DNA of 60,789 nucleotides from Streptococcus mitis (GTDB lineage: Bacteria; Bacillota; Bacilli; Lactobacillales; Streptococcaceae), in the NCBI RefSeq assembly GCF_003942695.1, contig NZ_RJNU01000011.1:1-60789 (forward strand). The letters are read 5' to 3'. Below the pieces are notes generated by a model. It ran no database searches. It was not told where the DNA came from and saw nothing but the letters and a program-made list of their open reading frames with translations. This document shows positions 10,455 to 19,389 of the stretch, piece after piece; position 1 is the first letter of the stretch, and the number at the start of each line of letters is the position of its first letter. The position numbers and the translations under genes were made by a program.

Positions 10455-10485
10455 AGTATAATACAAACCTTAAAGAAAACTTAAA
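10455..10485 (-). promoter_or_regulatory. lic1 promoter with a CiaR-type direct repeat
   Basis: Minus-sense TTTAAG ttttc TTTAAG, then 8 nt, then TATACT. This is an exact match to the CiaR consensus TTTAAG-N5-TTTAAG placed about 10 bp upstream of a -10 element. Confidence 0.45.
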
Positions 10486-10587
10486 ATTATTTTTAAGAAT
10501 ACAATAAAAAGCTAGGAAATTGCTCACCTAGGCCTAGACAGCTACAGTTCCTAACTTTCTTGTTTTTATTTATGATTATGGAATAGA

Positions 10588-10758
10588 TTACTTTTCCTGA
10601 TCTTGGTCACCAATTCCTTTAACTGCCTTTTTAAATTCAGACAGCATTTTACCGATTGATTCACCAAGTTCTGGTAACCGTTTTGGTCCAAAGATTAAGA
10701 GTGCCCCTAAAACAATGATAATCAATCCTGGAGTACCGATATCACGTAAGATTCCCAT
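10588..10758 (-). CDS. tatA: Twin-arginine translocase subunit TatA (56 aa)
   Basis: Translated by hand (below the ORF-track cutoff): MGILRDIGTPGLIIIVLGALLIFGPKRLPELGESIGKMLSEFKKAVKG.... It carries the TatA hinge motif FGPKRLPELG. Confidence 0.8.
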   Translation of the reverse strand: MGILRDIGTPGLIIIVLGALLIFGPKRLPELGESIGKMLSEFKKAVKGIGDQDQEK

Positions 10759-10770
10759 TCTTTTCTCCTT

Positions 10771-11472
10771 TCATTTTTTCTTTACAATACTCTTGCTAAT
10801 TGCAATACTAAGCTCATAGAGCGAGATTAGAGGAACAGTCATAGCTAGATCGCTGATAAAATCAGCAGGTGTCAAGATAACAGCTAGTACCAATAAAATA
10901 AAGTATGCATAACGGCGATAGGTAACTAAGAACTCTGGTCCAATCAAGCCGATCGACGTTAAAAAAGCGATGATGACAGGCAATTCAAAGATGAAACCCA
11001 AGGGTAGGGTTGTTTGAAAAACAAAGGCTAAGTAGTTCTGCGCCGTTAATTGAGTTTCAAATAATCCTTCCCCAAGTCCTAAAAGCACTTGAAGTAAGGC
11101 AGGCGTTACAAAGTAGAATCCAAAGGCTAGTCCAAGTAGAAAGCAAATAAAACTAGCTGGAATATAGGCAAAAATAGCTCTTGCTTCTTCTATTTTCAAG
11201 CCTGGTTTGATAAAACTCCAAATCTGATAAACTGTAAAAGGTAGCGTAATGGTAAAGGACATTATACTCGCTAAGCGAAAATAAATCCACAAAATATCAT
11301 TTGGACCTAATACAATCAACTTTTGATTAAAAGACTGAGTCAGATAGTAGTAAAGCTGATCTGCAAACAATAAAGCTCCACAGAAGACTATAGAAAAGCA
11401 GGCTATAACAGCAATGAACCTCTTTCTAAATTCTACCAGATGTTCAATAATTGTCAATTCTTTTGTATCCAT
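10771..11472 (-). CDS. tatC: Twin-arginine translocase subunit TatC
   Basis: 233 aa 6-TM protein of the TatC family, adjacent to tatA. Confidence 0.85.
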   Translation of the reverse strand: MDTKELTIIEHLVEFRKRFIAVIACFSIVFCGALLFADQLYYYLTQSFNQKLIVLGPNDILWIYFRLASIMSFTITLPFTVYQIWSFIKPGLKIEEARAIFAYIPASFICFLLGLAFGFYFVTPALLQVLLGLGEGLFETQLTAQNYLAFVFQTTLPLGFIFELPVIIAFLTSIGLIGPEFLVTYRRYAYFILLVLAVILTPADFISDLAMTVPLISLYELSIAISKSIVKKK

Positions 11473-13161
11473 CTACTTTTCACCCTGTCTCAATGTGACA
11501 GCCAAAACAATTATCAAAAAGACTAGCTGACTTCCAATGCCTTCCAAACTTGGATAGATACCCAATAGGTCGATAGTAGGGAAACCTGGTACTAAGTGGT
11601 TAGGTGCCATATTGGTCAGCTGGAGAGCATGTAGGCTAACACCTAGCATCTTGAAGGCAAGAGCATAAATCATCCACTTCAGTAGGAAGAAGACCTTATG
11701 AGGTAGGAAAAATTGACTGGCCTTGTTCATCAGAAATGCGATAACTAGCAAGACGAACAAAGCTAGAGAAATACCTAGGATAAACTCAAAACGAGATATT
11801 CTCGGTAAAATTCCTACGTAAAATAGAATGGTCTCTGCCCCTTCACGGAAAACAGCTAGAAAACTAAGAGCAAACATGGAAATGAATGAACCTGTCTTGG
11901 TCACAGTTTTCATCTGCGAATCCATAAAGTCATTCCATTTTTTGATCGAGGATTTACTGTGAAGCCAGATACCAATCAAAATCATCATCACTACTGCGAA
12001 AATGCCAACAGCACCCTCGATAATTTCACGATTGGCCCCCGATGTTACAGCAGGAAAGGCAATTTGTAGTATAAATGCAATCACTAGACTCGCAACGATA
12101 CCTGTTAGGGCTCCACCGTATATCCACTTGAGTCCTTTACGCATCTTGGCTGCTTTTAAAGTTGTGACTAGGGCCATGACGATTAAGAGGGCCTCTACTC
12201 CTTCTCGTAGGAGAATAAGCATAGCATCAAAAGTGTTGTAGCTTGCGCTAGTGTCAATTTGAGATAAATCAGCAATTAGTTTTTCTAATTTTTCTTGATA
12301 TTCCTTCTCACTTCCCTTGACCATGATTACAGGACTTTCGCTTTCGACTCGGGTGTAGAGGGAAGGATTGGTCGTACTAACAGAACCTTCAACAGTTGGC
12401 CAGATAGTGATGAATTCTTTCATACTAGCTGCCCCTGCAGTCTGATCTCCAGATTTAAATTGTTCCAAAGCTTTTTTGAGAAGCTCAATGCCATCTTTGA
12501 GACTTAGATTGGAGGAAGTTTTCGCCACTTCTTTACCAGCTACGAAGTTATCAATGGCAGTTTTTAAGTCATTAAAAGAAGACTGGATAGCATTATAATC
12601 TGTCGGCTCCGTTTCGATACTACTCCGTAAGAAAGAGATAGCAGTTTCTACTTGACCATAATGAGTTGTACTGTTGTCACGGACAACACTCTCATTGATC
12701 GTCCAAGTTGAATTCATCTTTTTATAGGCTTCTCGAATTTGCTCTATGTCTTTGGAAGAAATTGCCTTATCCAAAGTCTCGAAACGTGGTCTTAAACGAC
12801 TGACAAGTTTTTCCTTCTCCGCATTCAGATCTATTGGATTTTGTTCTTTTTCAAAAGCTAGAAGGGCAGAGGAGATCTGTGTCAGATTTTCTTCACTAAT
12901 CTCTCCTGACAAAGCAAGTTTCTCCTTGGCAAGCTTTCCAGCATCCGAATCAGCATGTTCTACTGTTTCAAAATCCGTCGCCATTTCTCTAACTAGGGCC
13001 TTGGCTTCTGACTGATTTCCATTTTTTAAAGCCTGAGAGGCATCCGTTATCTTTACAAAATAAGAACTCAGACTTTCCTTCGCACTAACAGGAGAAATAG
13101 TTAACAAGAGAAAAGACAAAGCCAAGAAACAAATGTTAATCTTCCAATAATTTTTGACCAA
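11473..13161 (-). CDS. efeU: FTR1-family iron permease EfeU with an N-terminal extracytoplasmic domain
   Basis: 562 aa with a signal peptide, a roughly 280-aa soluble domain, and C-terminal FTR1 transmembrane repeats with REGAE-like motifs. Located in an efeO-efeB-efeU cluster. Confidence 0.75.
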   Translation of the reverse strand: MVKNYWKINICFLALSFLLLTISPVSAKESLSSYFVKITDASQALKNGNQSEAKALVREMATDFETVEHADSDAGKLAKEKLALSGEISEENLTQISSALLAFEKEQNPIDLNAEKEKLVSRLRPRFETLDKAISSKDIEQIREAYKKMNSTWTINESVVRDNSTTHYGQVETAISFLRSSIETEPTDYNAIQSSFNDLKTAIDNFVAGKEVAKTSSNLSLKDGIELLKKALEQFKSGDQTAGAASMKEFITIWPTVEGSVSTTNPSLYTRVESESPVIMVKGSEKEYQEKLEKLIADLSQIDTSASYNTFDAMLILLREGVEALLIVMALVTTLKAAKMRKGLKWIYGGALTGIVASLVIAFILQIAFPAVTSGANREIIEGAVGIFAVVMMILIGIWLHSKSSIKKWNDFMDSQMKTVTKTGSFISMFALSFLAVFREGAETILFYVGILPRISRFEFILGISLALFVLLVIAFLMNKASQFFLPHKVFFLLKWMIYALAFKMLGVSLHALQLTNMAPNHLVPGFPTIDLLGIYPSLEGIGSQLVFLIIVLAVTLRQGEK

Positions 13162-14350
13162 TATAGCCTCCTTTCTCTACTCCACCAAAGCAGGCAAAAA
13201 GACCACTACCGATGTGGGTTACATACTCATTCATCTTGTCTGTAGCTCCAAGATTAGTTTGAACCTTGACAAAATGATCTGGATCCTTTTGGAAAGAAAT
13301 AAAGAGCAAGCCTGTGTCAAATTGTCCAGTTTTTTCATCAATTCCATCCGAGTATGAATAGGATCGTCTCAAGAGTGGCTTATCTACCTCTTTAGCTAAT
13401 CGAACATGCGAATCATCTGGCAAAAGACTTAAATCCACTTCATCAAACTCATTCTTCTTGCCAAATGGAGCGCCACTTTCCTTGTAGCGACCAAAGGTAT
13501 TTTCTTGCTCTTCAAGATTGGTTCGATCCCAAGTATCGAGAAACATCTGGATGCGACGAACGGCCATATAGGATCCATTTCCCATCCAGTCCTTGCTGTC
13601 GGCCCAGACAACACGATCAAAATCCTTTTCTTTGGTCACATTGGCTGTTCCATCTTTGAAACCAAAAAGGTTGCGTGGTGTCTCCATACGATCCCCAATA
13701 GCAGCAAAACCAGATTGACTCCAACGTAGTGTCACCGCATTTCTTCCTTTACGAATGAGGTTGCGAATAGCATGAAAAGCAACTTGCTCGTCATCTGCAC
13801 AGGCTTGGATAACAATATCTCCCCCAGTATATTTTTCACGCAGTTGCTCCTTTGGAAAGGGTGGAAAATCCCTAAAAAGTTGAGGACGCTTGTGCTCCAA
13901 ATTCATCTTTTTCAGGAAACTAGCAGACACACCAAAAGTCAGCGTTAAACGATGAGGATTTAGCCCCACGGTTTCTCCAGTATCACTAGGAGGCAAGAGA
14001 GCATTCTGACCATCTTTTTTGACCAATTCTCCTTCTACCAACTTGCTACTATAACCTGTCCAATCCTTAAAAAGCTGGATAATCTTATCTTTATCTGTCG
14101 TATGCAAATCTAGGACAACAAAATAGATATTCTTCTGCATAGGGGTCGTGATACCCGCTTGGTGTTTCCCATAAAAGTCAATCTTTTCATTACCGTACGA
14201 GATTTTTTCCTGCTTGTCTAGCTTAGGCGCTAAAAAAGCGGAGGCACCAGAGAGACCAAGTGCTAGACCAGCACCTCCAATACCCGCTTTTTTTAGAAAT
14301 TCTCGACGGTCCATTTTTTTCTCAAAAAACTTTTCGTCTTTCTTAGTCAT
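13136..14350 (-). CDS. efeB: Dyp-type peroxidase EfeB (Tat substrate)
   Basis: 404 aa. The N-terminus MDRREFLKKAGIGGAGLALG contains a twin-arginine signal, followed by a Dyp peroxidase fold. Confidence 0.8.
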   Translation of the reverse strand: MTKKDEKFFEKKMDRREFLKKAGIGGAGLALGLSGASAFLAPKLDKQEKISYGNEKIDFYGKHQAGITTPMQKNIYFVVLDLHTTDKDKIIQLFKDWTGYSSKLVEGELVKKDGQNALLPPSDTGETVGLNPHRLTLTFGVSASFLKKMNLEHKRPQLFRDFPPFPKEQLREKYTGGDIVIQACADDEQVAFHAIRNLIRKGRNAVTLRWSQSGFAAIGDRMETPRNLFGFKDGTANVTKEKDFDRVVWADSKDWMGNGSYMAVRRIQMFLDTWDRTNLEEQENTFGRYKESGAPFGKKNEFDEVDLSLLPDDSHVRLAKEVDKPLLRRSYSYSDGIDEKTGQFDTGLLFISFQKDPDHFVKVQTNLGATDKMNEYVTHIGSGLFACFGGVEKGGYIGQKLLED

Positions 14351-14355
14351 ACCGC

Positions 14356-15228
14356 TTATTCTCCATCAAGAAATTTGCCCATTTGTGATAGAGGTTCACC
14401 AAGTTTTGTCACGGCTTCAGCCAATTCTTTGGTGTCTTCTTTTGTCAAATCTGTATAGAGTTTATAGTGTTCCTTGTCTGTCATATGTTTGTCCAACAAG
14501 CTATTAACAGATTTGAAATCAGCTTCTAATTCTTTGACTAGGTCAGCATCTGATTTTTCAAGGAGAGGTTTAAATAGTTGGAAAATTTTCTCAGCACCTT
14601 CAATATTAGCTCGGAAGTCATACAAGTCTGTATGAGAATAAATTTCTTCTTCACCTGTAATCTTGCTTGTCGCTACTTCATTGAGCAAGTCAACTGCTCC
14701 AGTCAACATAATCTTGTGATCTACTTCAACAGTCGCTACCTTAGCCTTCAACTCTTTGATATCATTGACAAGCTGATCACCATAACTTTCGGTCCCCTTA
14801 GTTGTGTTTTCTTCCCAAAGGATACGCTCGATACGGTGGAAACCTGACCAACCTTCCTCGGTCTTATTTTCATCCACATAGTCTGCTAGACGAAAGTCAA
14901 TCTTAACGTCAGATTCACCAAAACTCTCAGCGATTGGCTCGGAGCGTTCATAAGCCATACGAACAAGTGGATAAGCTTTCTTGGCTTCCTCCAGTTTTCC
15001 GTCTTTTAAAAGCTGGACAAATCCTTCTGTATCCGTTAAGAGTTTGTCAATTTGTCCTTGAACAAAAGTCTTATAATCTGCGGTTGCCTTATCAAGTAGT
15101 TTTTGTTTGTCATCTGATAAAGCTGTCACCTTAGAGGAATCATTTGTCTCGGTTGATTTTTCAAAACGGACTGCACATGCTGTCAATAGCAAAGCAGAAG
15201 ATAAAAGGACAACACCTAGTTTTTTCAT
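14356..15228 (-). CDS. efeO: Iron-uptake lipoprotein EfeO/imelysin-like
   Basis: 290 aa with lipobox LLTAC. First gene of the efeOBU-tatCA cluster; RBS AGGAG. Confidence 0.7.
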   Translation of the reverse strand: MKKLGVVLLSSALLLTACAVRFEKSTETNDSSKVTALSDDKQKLLDKATADYKTFVQGQIDKLLTDTEGFVQLLKDGKLEEAKKAYPLVRMAYERSEPIAESFGESDVKIDFRLADYVDENKTEEGWSGFHRIERILWEENTTKGTESYGDQLVNDIKELKAKVATVEVDHKIMLTGAVDLLNEVATSKITGEEEIYSHTDLYDFRANIEGAEKIFQLFKPLLEKSDADLVKELEADFKSVNSLLDKHMTDKEHYKLYTDLTKEDTKELAEAVTKLGEPLSQMGKFLDGE

Positions 15229-15274
15229 TAGTTACTCCTATTGGTTCAGGAAGCCTGAATTTATTTTACGTTCC

Positions 15275-15303
15275 ATTATGACATCCTTTCCTTAGTTTTT
15301 CAA
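15275..15303 (-). promoter_or_regulatory. Candidate sigma-70 promoter of efeO
   Basis: Minus-sense TTGAAA, 17 nt, CATAAT. A 6-3-6 palindrome TTCAGGcttCCTGAA follows in the 5' UTR. Confidence 0.4.
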
Positions 15304-15461
15304 TAAATTGTCAGAAAATTTAATATTTGAGAATTTGAAGTAGCATTTTTCGCAAAATTAGAAAGGGCCTAAAAATTAGAATCGTAGAACTTTTTTCAGA
15401 TAGTTTAAAAAGTTTGTATTCCCCTACTCTTTTCTCTATAATGGAGAGAAAGGAGATGACT

Positions 15462-16157
15462 ATGACAGAATTGAAACATGAAATTGATGCAAACTTTGCA
15501 GGCCGACTTAATATCCTACGTGCAGGTGTTCTCGGTGCTAATGATGGGATTATTTCCATCGCTGGAGTCGTCATCGGTGTTGCTAGTGCGACGAACAATA
15601 TCTGGATTATCTTTTTATCAGGATTGGCTGCTATCCTTGCTGGTGCTTTTTCTATGGCAGGTGGCGAATATGTCTCTGTATCCACTCAGAAAGACACGGA
15701 GGAAGCCGCTGTTGCCAGAGAACAGTTGCTCTTGAATAAGGACATCGAATCTGCAAAACAATCCCTCTATGCTGCTTACCTTCAAAATGGTGAGTGTGAA
15801 ACGTCCGCCCAACTCTTGACCAACAAGGCCTTTTTAAAAAATCCACTCAAAGCCTTGGTTGAGGAAAAATACGGTATCGAGTACGAAGAATTTACCAATC
15901 CTTGGCATGCTGCTATCTCTAGCTTTATCGCCTTTGTACTGGGAAGTCTTCCTCCTATGCTTTCCATTATCGTCTTTCCAAGTGACTATCGCATCCCTGC
16001 TACTGTTTTTATCGTAGCCCTCTCCCTTCTCGTCACTGGTTATACCAGTGCTAAACTAGGCAAGGCTCCTACGAAAACTGCTATGATCCGTAACCTCTGT
16101 ATCGGACTTCTCACCATGGGTGTAACCTTCCTCTTGGGACAACTCTTTAGTATCTAA
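15462..16157 (+). CDS. VIT1/CCC1-family metal (Fe/Mn) transporter
   Basis: VIT-family membrane protein with GANDGIISIAGVVIGV-type helices. I chose ATG 15462 because AGGAG sits 6 nt upstream; the ORF-track start at 15414 is a TTG. Confidence 0.75.
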   Translation: MTELKHEIDANFAGRLNILRAGVLGANDGIISIAGVVIGVASATNNIWIIFLSGLAAILAGAFSMAGGEYVSVSTQKDTEEAAVAREQLLLNKDIESAKQSLYAAYLQNGECETSAQLLTNKAFLKNPLKALVEEKYGIEYEEFTNPWHAAISSFIAFVLGSLPPMLSIIVFPSDYRIPATVFIVALSLLVTGYTSAKLGKAPTKTAMIRNLCIGLLTMGVTFLLGQLFSI

Positions 16158-16166
16158 GATAAAAGA

Positions 16167-16199
16167 AATACCTCGACAAATATCGAGGTATCTTTTTTT
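16167..16199. terminator. Bidirectional rho-independent terminator between the VIT gene and the bceB-like gene
   Basis: ATACCTCGA caaat ATCGAGGTAT followed by T8. Confidence 0.6.
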
Positions 16200-18186
16200 A
16201 CATTTGCACAATCTTGCGATAGCTTCTAGAGGTAATCATAAAGATTAAAACGTAGACAATGAGGAAGATGGCACAGATGGAAAGAGTGACAGTCAACATC
16301 ATGGTTGCATCTAGTACCCCAATGACTTTTAGGATGAGGCTAAGCATATGATAGGCAAAGGCGAGGTGTAGGAAGGCAAAGAGCAAAGGAAGGAAGAAAA
16401 CAGTTAAGACCTGTTTGTTGATGGTTTGCTTGATTTGCTTTTGATCGAGACCGACTTTTTGCAAAATGATAAATCGTTCGCGATCTTCGTACCCTTCAGA
16501 GATTTGTTTGTAGTAGATGACAAGAACTGTTCCCACCATAAAGATGATAGAGAGGAAGATACCGATGAAGAAGACTCCACCAAAGAGAGCACTCATCTGC
16601 GCACTACTATCAGCCAGATTGCTTCCGTAAACATAGCTTCCTTCTTTGTTTAATTCCCTATTAAAGTTGTTGACAAATTTTGAATAGTCATCTGCAATTT
16701 TAAGCTGCTCGTCCTCACTAGCCGTTACATTCATACCACCATAGTATTGATTAAAGATGGAAGAGTTAGGATGCTGGTCAAGAAAGGCTTTCAAGTCAGG
16801 AACAACCAGATAGTTATAGTCCGAAGTTAGAATATTGTACTGATTTGGGACATGTTCAAGAATAAAATCTTTTTTGATTTCTTCCTTGATTGTGTAAGTC
16901 TGGTCATTCAGAGTCAGTTCTTTTTGTCCTTGAAGTTCTTTGTTTTTAGTAAACAATCCAACTTCCTTACCTGAAAGTGCAAGTTTTTGCCCCGTCATAT
17001 TCTCATAGTCTTTTTGGTCAAAGACCATAAAAATAGTTTTCGGTTGAACACGATTTTGACCTTTCTCAAAAATTGTCAATTTTGTACCTTCTTGATTTGC
17101 CACACCAAAGTTACTGTATGTAAGGACTTCTTTCTTTGTTACAGTCAATCCCTTATCGCTAGCATACTGGCTCAAGAGTTTTTCGATGTCTTCTTTTTCA
17201 ACATTCTGTCCTGTTATCCCAAAATCATGTGGATTCATGACCTTTTTGAAAGTCTCTGAAGCCTTGAAGACACTCGTTGTAGCAGACATAGTCACCAAGA
17301 CCATTGTTGAGAGAATAGCAATCGTCGCTAGACCAACCGCATTTTTCTTCATGCGGAAAATAAGATTGGATACGGAAATCATGTTATTAGGTTGGTAATA
17401 GTAACGCTTATTTTTCTTCAATATTTGTAGGAAAACTGTGATCCCTGCATTAAACAAGAGATAGGTACCAAAGATTACCAACAAGACTGCTACGAAGAAA
17501 ATCAGAACAGCAGAAAGTGGGTTTTCGACTGTTATTGCCAGGTAGTAACCAGCTGCTAGACTGATTAGACCTAGAATAGTTTGGAAACCTAAGAATCGTC
17601 CTTTTTTCTCACCACTGGCTTTTTCACGAGAGAGCTGAAGGGCATTCATGCGTGCGATGCGAAAGGCATTGATAAAAATCAAACCTAGGAAGATTGCCCC
17701 AAAGACAATGAGAACTAGGATAAAGACAATTGGTTGGAAAGTCGAAACGAGCTCTACTTTCATCTTCATCAACTTCAGAAGAAGGGCAAAGATTAGCTTA
17801 TCAAAGAGAGCTCCTAGGCCGAGACCAGCTGTCAAGGTCAAGAAACCAAAAATAAGAAGCTCCTTAAAAACCATACTGATCAAATGGCGCTTTTCAAGAC
17901 CCAGCATACCATATACACCCAGCTCCTTTGAGCGGTTCTTCATGACAAAACTATTGGCATAAAGGACAATAATTCCAGAAGCGATGGTAACAACCACCAT
18001 ACCGAGAGCGAGGGTCATAGAGATAGTTTCTCCCCCACGGATCTTGCCAATATTAGGATTAAGTGACAGTGAGTAAAAGAGATAGGTGATGGTCACAGCT
18101 AAGAGAACAGCAAGAGCAAAGGGATAGTAGAGTTTGCGGTTTTTGATTAAGTTCGAAACCGCTAACTTATTGGTTAATCGAAACAT
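16198..18186 (-). CDS. BceB-type ABC transporter permease (FtsX family, 10 TM with a large TM7-8 extracellular domain)
   Basis: 662 aa. The predicted topology (7 TM, a soluble domain of about 200 aa, then 3 TM) is typical of antimicrobial-peptide Bce/Vra-type permeases. Confidence 0.8.
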   Translation of the reverse strand: MFRLTNKLAVSNLIKNRKLYYPFALAVLLAVTITYLFYSLSLNPNIGKIRGGETISMTLALGMVVVTIASGIIVLYANSFVMKNRSKELGVYGMLGLEKRHLISMVFKELLIFGFLTLTAGLGLGALFDKLIFALLLKLMKMKVELVSTFQPIVFILVLIVFGAIFLGLIFINAFRIARMNALQLSREKASGEKKGRFLGFQTILGLISLAAGYYLAITVENPLSAVLIFFVAVLLVIFGTYLLFNAGITVFLQILKKNKRYYYQPNNMISVSNLIFRMKKNAVGLATIAILSTMVLVTMSATTSVFKASETFKKVMNPHDFGITGQNVEKEDIEKLLSQYASDKGLTVTKKEVLTYSNFGVANQEGTKLTIFEKGQNRVQPKTIFMVFDQKDYENMTGQKLALSGKEVGLFTKNKELQGQKELTLNDQTYTIKEEIKKDFILEHVPNQYNILTSDYNYLVVPDLKAFLDQHPNSSIFNQYYGGMNVTASEDEQLKIADDYSKFVNNFNRELNKEGSYVYGSNLADSSAQMSALFGGVFFIGIFLSIIFMVGTVLVIYYKQISEGYEDRERFIILQKVGLDQKQIKQTINKQVLTVFFLPLLFAFLHLAFAYHMLSLILKVIGVLDATMMLTVTLSICAIFLIVYVLIFMITSRSYRKIVQM

Positions 18187-18187
18187 A

Positions 18188-18946
18188 CTAATTCACCTCG
18201 CTTGCCATAACAGTCAAAGTATCAGAGATTTCTTGGAACATCTGACGCTCTGTCTTGTCTCCACGGTAGATTTGGTTGTAAAGAATGCCGTCCTTGATAA
18301 AGAGAACGCGCTTGGCCCTGCTGGCTGCTGCCGTTGAGTGGGTTACCATAAGAATAGTTTGGCCACGCTCATTGATTTCATCAAAAACATCTAGAAGAGC
18401 CGCAGATGACTTGGAGTCAAGGGCTCCTGTTGGCTCATCGGCAAGAAGAATTTCAGGTTCGGTGATAATAGCGCGTGCTACTGCTACCCGCTGTTTTTGA
18501 CCACCTGAGATCTCATAAGGGTACTTCTCTTGCAATTGGTTGATGCCCAGATTTTCAGCGGTTACTACCAATTTCTTCATCATTTCCGTAATGGATTTTC
18601 GTGATAAAACTAACGGAAGCAAGATATTGTCCTTAACAGACAAGGTATCTAGTAAGTTAAAGTCTTGGAAGACAAATCCCAACTTTTCACGACGGAAACT
18701 TGAAGCCTGGGAATTCTTAATAGTTGCTGTGTCTGTTCCATTTAGGTAAACCTGACCACGAGTTGGTTTGTCAAGCATTGCTAGGATGTTGAGTAGGGTA
18801 GACTTCCCTGAGCCAGACTCTCCCATGATAGCAACGTAGTCACCCTTTTCTACAGTAAAGTGAATGTCTTTGAGTGCTTCTACTTGGTTGCCTTGGAAAC
18901 GTGTTTTGTAGATTTTTTGAACGTGTTTTACATCTAAAAGTGTCAT
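18188..18946 (-). CDS. BceA-type ABC transporter ATP-binding protein
   Basis: 252 aa with Walker A GESGSGKST, signature LSGGQKQR and Walker B ILLADEP. RBS AGGAG. Confidence 0.85.
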   Translation of the reverse strand: MTLLDVKHVQKIYKTRFQGNQVEALKDIHFTVEKGDYVAIMGESGSGKSTLLNILAMLDKPTRGQVYLNGTDTATIKNSQASSFRREKLGFVFQDFNLLDTLSVKDNILLPLVLSRKSITEMMKKLVVTAENLGINQLQEKYPYEISGGQKQRVAVARAIITEPEILLADEPTGALDSKSSAALLDVFDEINERGQTILMVTHSTAAASRAKRVLFIKDGILYNQIYRGDKTERQMFQEISDTLTVMASEVN

Positions 18947-18959
18947 GATTTTCTCCTTC

Positions 18960-19070
18960 TTAATATCCCATCATTTGAAACTGTGCTTGCATCATAGCGC
19001 ATCCCAGTTGAACACGCTCGATATCTTTTTGACTTGGTTTTCTTGTTTTCTTTTGTAAGATTCTTTTCAT
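18960..19070 (-). CDS. 36-codon ORF co-transcribed upstream of the bceAB-like genes (MKRILQKKTRKPSQKDIERVQLGCAMMQAQFQMMGY)
   Basis: Strong RBS AAGGAG with 7-nt spacing to the ATG. The stop lies 13 nt before the bceA-like RBS. Below the ORF-track cutoff and translated by hand. Confidence 0.4.
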   Translation of the reverse strand: MKRILQKKTRKPSQKDIERVQLGCAMMQAQFQMMGY

Positions 19071-19154
19071 GTTTTTGCTCCTTTGTTCTTTATGAGTCTA
19101 GTTTATCGCAAAAAAAGGCGGCCTGCCATAACCTAACCTTACAAAAGAGACTTT

Positions 19155-19176
19155 AATCTTACATTTTTGTAAGATT
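19155..19176. promoter_or_regulatory. Perfect inverted repeat AATCTTACA-tttt-TGTAAGATT (BceR-family response-regulator operator motif TNACA-N4-TGTAA)
   Basis: 9-bp perfect arms seen in the sequence, about 90 nt upstream of the minus-strand micro-ORF/bceAB operon. Extra half-site copies lie at 19055-19063 and 19137-19142. Confidence 0.5.
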
Positions 19177-19389
19177 GAGGAATTTTTTTGAAAATAGCTA
19201 CTATAAGAAGTCCTGTCATTGCTTGTTTTATTCTTAAAATAATAGTAAAATTAAATTATGAAAAGGCTTTCTTTAACATCTTTTAAAAGAATTGGCTTTC
19301 TGCTAATTATTTTTAAAAGTGCTAAACTATCATTCGTATCACTGCTATAAGGAGGGAGGTTCAGCCCCTCTTTTTAGAAAGAGGTTCCT

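Noticed and set aside
15320-15685. 121-aa minus-strand ORF overlapping the VIT gene start and promoter
   Set aside because: It overlaps the better-supported VIT-family gene and its promoter/RBS, and I recognise no family, so it is likely spurious.
19107-19135. GC-rich segment GGCGGCCTGCC followed (minus sense) by T7, looked at as a possible terminator
   Set aside because: Only 3-4 bp of a stem can form, so it is not a credible hairpin. It is more likely the spacer or UP region of the minus-strand promoter.
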